NCBI GenBank assembly: GCA_950097015.1
Contig: CATNEN010000039.1
Location: 3,658,001 to 3,722,000 of the forward strand
Direction of reading: 5' to 3'
Origin: Macrostomum hystrix
Lineage: Eukaryota; Animalia; Platyhelminthes
DNA: 64,000 nucleotides
Below, in pieces: positions 60,588 to 64,000 of the stretch (position 1 is its first letter; every line of letters starts with the position of its first letter). Under the pieces are notes generated by a model. That model was given only the letters and a program-made list of their open reading frames with translations. It ran no database searches and had not been told where the DNA came from. The translations under genes and the position numbers were made by a program.

Positions 60588-62662
60588 CTTGACACTTCGC
60601 GGAGTATCGGAGGCGGCGACGGCGGCGGCTGCAGCCTCGACTTCTTTGAGCGTGTTGAACAAATTGGACCACATGTCTACGAGATTCTTTTGGCGATCGG
60701 TGTGACTCGCGTTTCTGTTTTTTGTTAAGAAAAATTTCACTTTGTTATTGATAAACTTGAAGAAGCAATTTGAATTACAGACAATGCAACTGACCAGAAA
60801 AAACAAACGAGGAATTAACGAATCATAGAGATAAAAATGAAGAAAAAACTTACAAAAAGCAAATCAGCAAAGTGACGGGAGAGAGGCAATTCTGCCGATT
60901 TCGCTGACTCGTGAGCACTCACGCAGCACACAGATACCGTAGGCAGGCACACGCTCACACAGGTGTGTACATATGCTCTGACTTTCACTGTGCCTTGAAG
61001 GTTGTCACCTATAGGGCTAAATTGCACAACAATTCCCCAAGACTTCTCTCTGCGGCTGCGCCCGAAATAAATGTGGCCTCGCTGCGGAATCGAGCTCTGG
61101 GACCTTGGCGCGAGAGGCAAACGCGTTAGACCGCTCTCAACCCCAATTGGCTTACCTATGCTGCAGATAAGCATCAGCCCTCTGTTCCACTCGGCAGTGA
61201 GTGAAGCAAGGCACCACCTCGCTCCGGCGCTGCTTCCAATAGGGCCGCATCGGCACCAGAATCTTCAGGCTGTAGCAGAACAGCCGCTCCTCCTCGTGAG
61301 CGACTTCGGCTGCGTCAGCAGATGCCAAGGCAGCGGCGTCAGTCGAATCGTCGGCAGTTTCGCCGCCAGCGAGACGACGTCCTCGAATAAAGAGGCTGCG
61401 ACCGCCGGCTGCCAGCGCCCAGCCGCCTGCCTGCCACGGCTCCGGCAGCTGGTATGGTGGTGGCAGGTTGAACTGCAGCACCTCTCTGAGGTGCGAATGA
61501 GCGAGCGAGTGGGAAATACTATGAGGAGTCATTGTGAAATTTAACAGGTGTGCAATCTGTTTAGACAGGTGTGCAATCAGTTCAGACAGGTGTGCAATCT
61601 GTTTAGACAGGTTTGCAATCCATTTAGGCAGGTGTGCAATCAGTTCAGACAGGTGTGCAATCTGTTTAGACAGGTGTACAAAATAAGTCTTGATAGGCTT
61701 CCTACCTTCCTAGGCGAACATCGTGAAACACAATGGCGCCGCTTCTAGTAGCCCTCAGAAGCAGAGTCGGGTGTCCCAGCGGGAAATATTCCACCAGCTG
61801 GGGTGCCTCGTAGGAGTGCCTGGCGCTGTGGGGCAGAGGCCTAGCGGACGGTGGCGCCGCCTCAGGTCCCAGCTCGGCCAGGTAGGGAGTGAGATCCCTG
61901 GTGTAGATGGCAGCCCGCACCGGCTGGCTGGACCTGCGAAGGATCGGGATTGACGACTGATATGGGATTCGGATTGACGAGTGTTAATCGGATTATCGAT
62001 GGGATTATCCAAATAATATCCCCCATCAGTTTATCAGCGAAGTTATCTAAATTACCTGAGAAAGCGAATATCCCAATCGGATTATCAATGGGATTATCGG
62101 AAGAAGTGAATATCCCGATCGGATTATCAATGGGATTATCGGAAGAAGTGAATATCCCGATCGGATTATCTGAGTAATTGAATATCCTCAACGGATTATC
62201 GGTGGGATTACCCAAACAAGTGAATATCACCGATTGGATTATCAGTGGGATTAGCCAAAGAAGTGAATATCCCCAACTGGATTATCAATGGGATCATCAT
62301 TAAAACGAGTAGTATCCACTGGGTCATTAAAATTAGCTGCAGAAGTGAGCTTCCCTTGGATTATCAATCGGAGCTTATGGACAGGATTATCGGACAAACG
62401 GTAGCCCACCTGTAGACCATTTGCCCGTTTGCGTCTCTCCGCTCATCGTCAGCAGCAGGATTTAAGAAGAACACGCGCGCGATCGGCTGCGGATTGGCCG
62501 GATTGACGCTGATCACGTGACGCACGAGGCCCAGGCGAAGGTCGTACACAATCAGATTGCCCGACTCGAGACCGATTGCGATTAGCGAGGCGCACTGTGA
62601 GGCGGTCAGGCACGTGACTGGAGAGCCGAAAGTCCAAACTGTCTCGGGCCGGAATTCCAGAT
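60588..62662 (-). CDS. WDR93: WD40-repeat protein, WDR93-like; 3' exons 62410-62662, 61706-61933, 61156-61485, 60588-60714
   Basis: Consecutive exons with compatible phases (2,2,2) and canonical GT-AG. RPETVWTFGSPVTCLTASQCASLIAIGLESGNLIVYDL is a WD-type blade. This blade and LPPPYQLPEPW...LFIRG recall WDR93 from memory; not search-verified. Confidence 0.62.
60865..61145 (-). mobile_element. tRNA-derived SINE family B, copy 3, in a WDR93-like intron
   Basis: A-box-like GAGCGGTCTAACGCG and B-box-like AGCTCGATTCC. The internal hairpin is deleted between GAAAGT direct repeats. Confidence 0.75.
61541..61680. repeat. Intronic 21-bp tandem TTAGACAGGTGTGCAATCTGT
   Basis: About 6 copies. Confidence 0.85.
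61987..62392. repeat. Degenerate intronic array built on GGATTATC and AAGTGAATATCCC
   Basis: Direct inspection. Confidence 0.75.
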
Positions 62663-63104
62663 CTGGCACGTTTTAAAGTACACAAGTAAAAAGTACATTA
62701 CTAAGCGTTACGCGACAAAATAAACAACTAAGAGTGAAAGTATACTTTTTGCAGGCCGAAAACTAATAAATGTTAGTATAGAAAAGGTGTCTTGGCTTAC
62801 TGCCTGCATTACTAACGGTCAGTAAAATATTGTGCTTCACTGCCTACTGTAAGTAGTCGGATGATGTGAACAGTTCTGCATTTCAAGAGAATCACGAAAT
62901 TGTGTTTCAGAACTAATTATCTAACGAAAAAATACTGAAATCTTATCATATAGAAATTTTTTCATTTTCATCATATTTATCATTCTATACTCACATAGAA
63001 AAAAGTTCTAACATCACAAAAAATAAAATATAGATATATATTCATTGGAATCGTGAACACACAGAAAAAACGATAAAGCGTGTTTCCGATAAGGTCTTTC
63101 TTGA

Positions 63105-63848
63105 CTAATCCAACTCTAATCCAAGGCTAATCCTACTTAAATCCAAGGCTAATCCACACTCTAATCCAAGGCTAATCCTACTTTAATCCAAGGCTAATCG
63201 ACACTCTAATCCAAGGCTAATCCTACTTAAATCCAAGGCTAATCCACACTCTAATCCAAGGCTAATCCTACTTAAATCCAAGGCTAATCCAACTCTAAGC
63301 CAAGGCAAATCCATACTCTAATCCAAGGCTAATTCATACACTAATCCAAGGCTAATCCATACTCTAAGCCAAGGCTAGTTAATTACTCTAACCCAAGGCT
63401 AATCCATACTCTAATCCAAGGCAAATCCACACTCTAATCCAAGGCTAATCCTACTTAAATCCAAGGCTAATCCACACTCTAATCCAAGGCTAATCCTACT
63501 TAAATCCAAGGCTAATCCACACTCTAATCCAAGGCTAATCCTACTTAAATCCAAGGCTAGTCCATACTCTATGCCAAGGCTAATCCATACTCTAAGCCAA
63601 GGCTAGTCCATACTCTAAGCCAAGGCTAGTCCATACTCTAAGCCAAGGCTAATCCATACTCTAAGCCAAGGCTAGTCCATACTCTAAGCCAAGGCTAATC
63701 CATACTCTAAGCCAAGGCTAGTCCATACTCTAAGCCAAGGCTAGTCCATACTCTAAGCCAAGGCTAGTCCATACTCTAAGCCAAGGCTAATCCATACTCT
63801 AAGCCAAGGCTAATCCATACTCTAATCCAAGGCTAATCCATACTCATA
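63105..63848. repeat. Minisatellite, 23-bp unit CTAATCCAAGGCTAATCCATACT
   Basis: Direct inspection. Confidence 0.95.
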
Positions 63849-64000
63849 ACTAATATGTCAAGCACATACTAATTCAAGGCTGATACATCATTAAAGCTAA
63901 TTCGTATGCCAATCAAGAGAGGGCATAGAGTTAATTCCACATTCTTGGGTTGCCCAAGTGCCAACCAACCAGCCGTCTGGGATTGCCCAGGTCGGCTAGA

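Overview
Eukaryotic, intron-containing animal genomic DNA. The poly-Q/poly-A-rich GC-rich exons and minisatellite-saturated introns resemble the flatworm Macrostomum lignano, but that is an inference. By my rough tally about 40-45% of the window is tandem repeat (more than 30 distinct arrays, units 4-57 bp), and most long ORFs in the supplied track are repeat artefacts. Genes I can support: (1) the 3' part of a Par-3/PARD3 gene on + (PDZ2, PDZ3, aPKC-binding CR3; eight exons including a 21-nt microexon; stop at 11900); (2) three tandem type-II membrane GT32/DxD glycosyltransferases (SUR1/CSH1/OCH1-like) on -, plus a 42-bp remnant of a fourth; (3) a C-type lectin gene on + inside that cluster; (4) two orphan low-complexity genes; (5) a single-ORF adhesion GPCR (GPS + 7TM); (6) the 3' exons of a WDR93-like gene on -. 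Interspersed repeats include at least three tRNA-derived SINE types and a nested hairpin-MITE / hAT-MITE / minisatellite. The most notable observation is that the three GT32 paralogues differ in intron structure (none, position A, position B), with short direct repeats at the junctions, suggesting recent independent intron gain; one paralogue also carries a coding minisatellite. No CRISPR array, rRNA or convincing functional tRNA was found.
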